Part shown: one piece after another, positions 63,201 through 64,000 of the stretch
Position numbering within the stretch: the stretch's first letter is position 1
Layout: each line of letters opens with the position of its first letter
Assembly (NCBI GenBank): GCA_963718615.1
Contig: OY970368.1
Span: forward strand, 4,672,001-4,736,000
Source of the DNA: an uncultured cyanobacterium
GTDB lineage: Bacteria > Cyanobacteriota > Cyanobacteriia > PCC-9006 > JAAUQQ01
Length of the DNA stretch: 64,000 bases
Reading direction: 5' to 3'
Notes under the pieces: model-generated
Seen by the model: only the letters and a program-made list of their open reading frames with translations
Databases searched by the model: none
Told to the model about the DNA's origin: nothing
Made by a program: the position numbers and the translations under genes

Positions 63201-63537
63201 AGCTATCCGGGCCATTATCATCGTCAAAATTCCCCGGCGGCTCTTCCAAGGCCACACCGGTCACCGCCCGCGTTTTGACCTGGCCGCCAAATTCTCGACA
63301 GGTTTCAATCCCCTGGCTAGCATAGTCTAAGAACGAAGGCTCATCGGTGAGATGGGCGATCGCCTCATAATCATCCAGTGCCGTATCGTACTGCTGCAAG
63401 CCGTAACAATAAATGTGACCTCTCAGCAAGCGCACTCGCGGGTCATCCGGGGTGTGCTGCATGAGCTCATCCACAAGCTCTGCCGCCTCCCGATAGTTTC
63501 CTTGCATATAGGCCCGTTCAGCCTGCTGATATGACAT
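60232..63537 (-). CDS. pilJ: Methyl-accepting chemotaxis protein, PilJ-type with N-terminal TPR
   Basis: [31 protein letters not shown]. Confidence 0.88.
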   Translation of the reverse strand: MSYQQAERAYMQGNYREAAELVDELMQHTPDDPRVRLLRGHIYCYGLQQYDTALDDYEAIAHLTDEPSFLDYASQGIETCREFGGQVKTRAVTGVALEEPPGNFDDDNGPDSWSPEMDLEDSGTGFGADSDVSALSFDSLNFADLDSPRSSGMADPQEAIALDLGSPQGDEENHNGSHDAFDFSFDEPDEIGFDADGFDSDEDVISLGSGEPISLGSGEAIAQGVGATGSRLANDGMGMDDGMGADFVNPFGDSSGENPFGGDEALGLVEDNPFSTGNPFGAQSPNGFAAVDEEALSDSDGGADLDDDFSNDVFGAETEDGLAEPAFEDSELNFDLDPVPAQGEEVADEFAFDSAFTSEADFFDDGSPGDRPEATLFMNDEDFDLTGTAAGFAENPLMEPGAPITAAATPYAMAADPDDEDYRSSTGEPTSPSLEEESASFFESMSFEDESPAPVLTFETPNDNNSLANDSFDNFDAFGGLEDDDNPETDFGLGGQGEFDTFAGDLPSISHLPGEMPSGDADSTGGDTGGRSNADFLEEFDAFDDFGGLSEFDLAEDSIGFTSPIPTSGFDLPTGEMSDGSDLSSFGISAEEVGTAESVWGTDNLPSFTQSEIAEVEPTVAVEQGILAPLENASLTTKRTVIAATAGLAAALGVVGSNVLYNKVANPAPEVQSSPAPLVLALAGGVAGMAGAGIMGELMRRQIRRTTEDLQAQFSKIVQGNFNAQATIYSEDELGQLAAGFNQMSRVILATTKDAQRKAEEQEQQKEDLQRQVIRLLDDVEGAARGDLTVQAEVTADVLGAVADSFNLTIQNLREIVLQVKTAATQVNKAASENETFARSLSSDALRQAEELAVTLNSVQVMTDSIQRVADSAREAEEVARTASVTALKGGEAVEKTVAGILQIRETVAETTRKVKRLAESSQEISKIVALISQIASRTNLLALNASIEAARAGDAGRGFAIVADEVRQLADRAAKSSKEIEQIVLQIQGETSSVMVAMEEGTQQVITGTKLAEQAKRSLDDIIQVSNRIDQLVRSITADTVEQTETSRQVAQVMQSVELTAQETSQEAQRVSRSLQNLVGVASDLQTSVERFRVESSEEG

Positions 63538-63598
63538 CTACCTTGCTCCTAAGCTACCCTTAGCCAATCTGTTGAATCTCGTAATTGTGGTTTCGCAC

Positions 63599-64000
63599 TC
63601 ACATCGCCCATCGTGCAGATCGGAGAATCGCAGACTGATCGAGCAATCGAAGATGACGGTCTCCACCTTCACTCGCTAGAATCCATTCCCCACGGACAAA
63701 AGGGGCCATATTATCAGGAATATTCTTAGGCGTGATCAGCTGCTCAGGACTTAACCAAGCTGTATCAATAACCCGATCCACGGCAAGCCCCAAGAGCGTG
63801 TCCTGTTCTTCGATGGCAATGACATGGAGTTCTGGGCGATCGGTATTGAGAACCACAGAGTCCCCGAGAAATTGACCCAAATCTGCCACCCAAATCACCC
63901 GACCTCTAGCATTCAGCGTTCCGAGCATCAAGGGCGATACATTCGGAATAGGCGTGATCCCTTCCGGCGACTGAAACAGGGTTTCTCGGATGCCAATCGC
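63599..64000 (-). CDS. CheW-like protein (5' end outside window)
   Basis: ITPIPN, LGTLNARGRVIWVADL, GLAVD. Confidence 0.9.
   Translation of the reverse strand, partial: AIGIRETLFQSPEGITPIPNVSPLMLGTLNARGRVIWVADLGQFLGDSVVLNTDRPELHVIAIEEQDTLLGLAVDRVIDTAWLSPEQLITPKNIPDNMAPFVRGEWILASEGGDRHLRLLDQSAILRSARWAM

Noticed and set aside
56205-63537. Very long acidic linkers in the CheA-like kinase and MCP
   Set aside because: Common in cyanobacterial pil-type chemosensory proteins
1-64000. tRNA/rRNA genes; HIP1 abundance as a novel repeat
   Set aside because: No RNA gene recognised by eye; GCGATCGC is the well-known cyanobacterial HIP1

Overview
Cyanobacterial chromosomal DNA: HIP1 GCGATCGC is frequent, and cpcT, ndhS, ebsA, cyanobacteriochrome GAF domains and a pil-type chemosensory operon are present. 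Most of the window is ordinary core genes. There are two accessory zones. (1) 1-14.3 kb holds stacked IS21/IS110/IS4 elements, a MITE, an AT-rich DUF262+HEPN gene pair and a TPR-serine-protease operon. (2) 40.6-48.6 kb, the highlight, is a decayed double integron that the ORF track does not show. Two tandem intI remnants each face their own ~40-bp-periodic palindromic array ending in a GTT core (attI-like). The second is followed by a cassette array with five attC sites, four of whose inverse cores match the cassette starts exactly. The first cassette encodes a 485-aa CARF-HEPN-mCpol (Cas10-palm-like) fusion, visible only after removing an IS1-family insertion. It is a candidate single-gene nucleotide-signalling defence system. 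All assignments are by-eye motif recognition; no searches were run.
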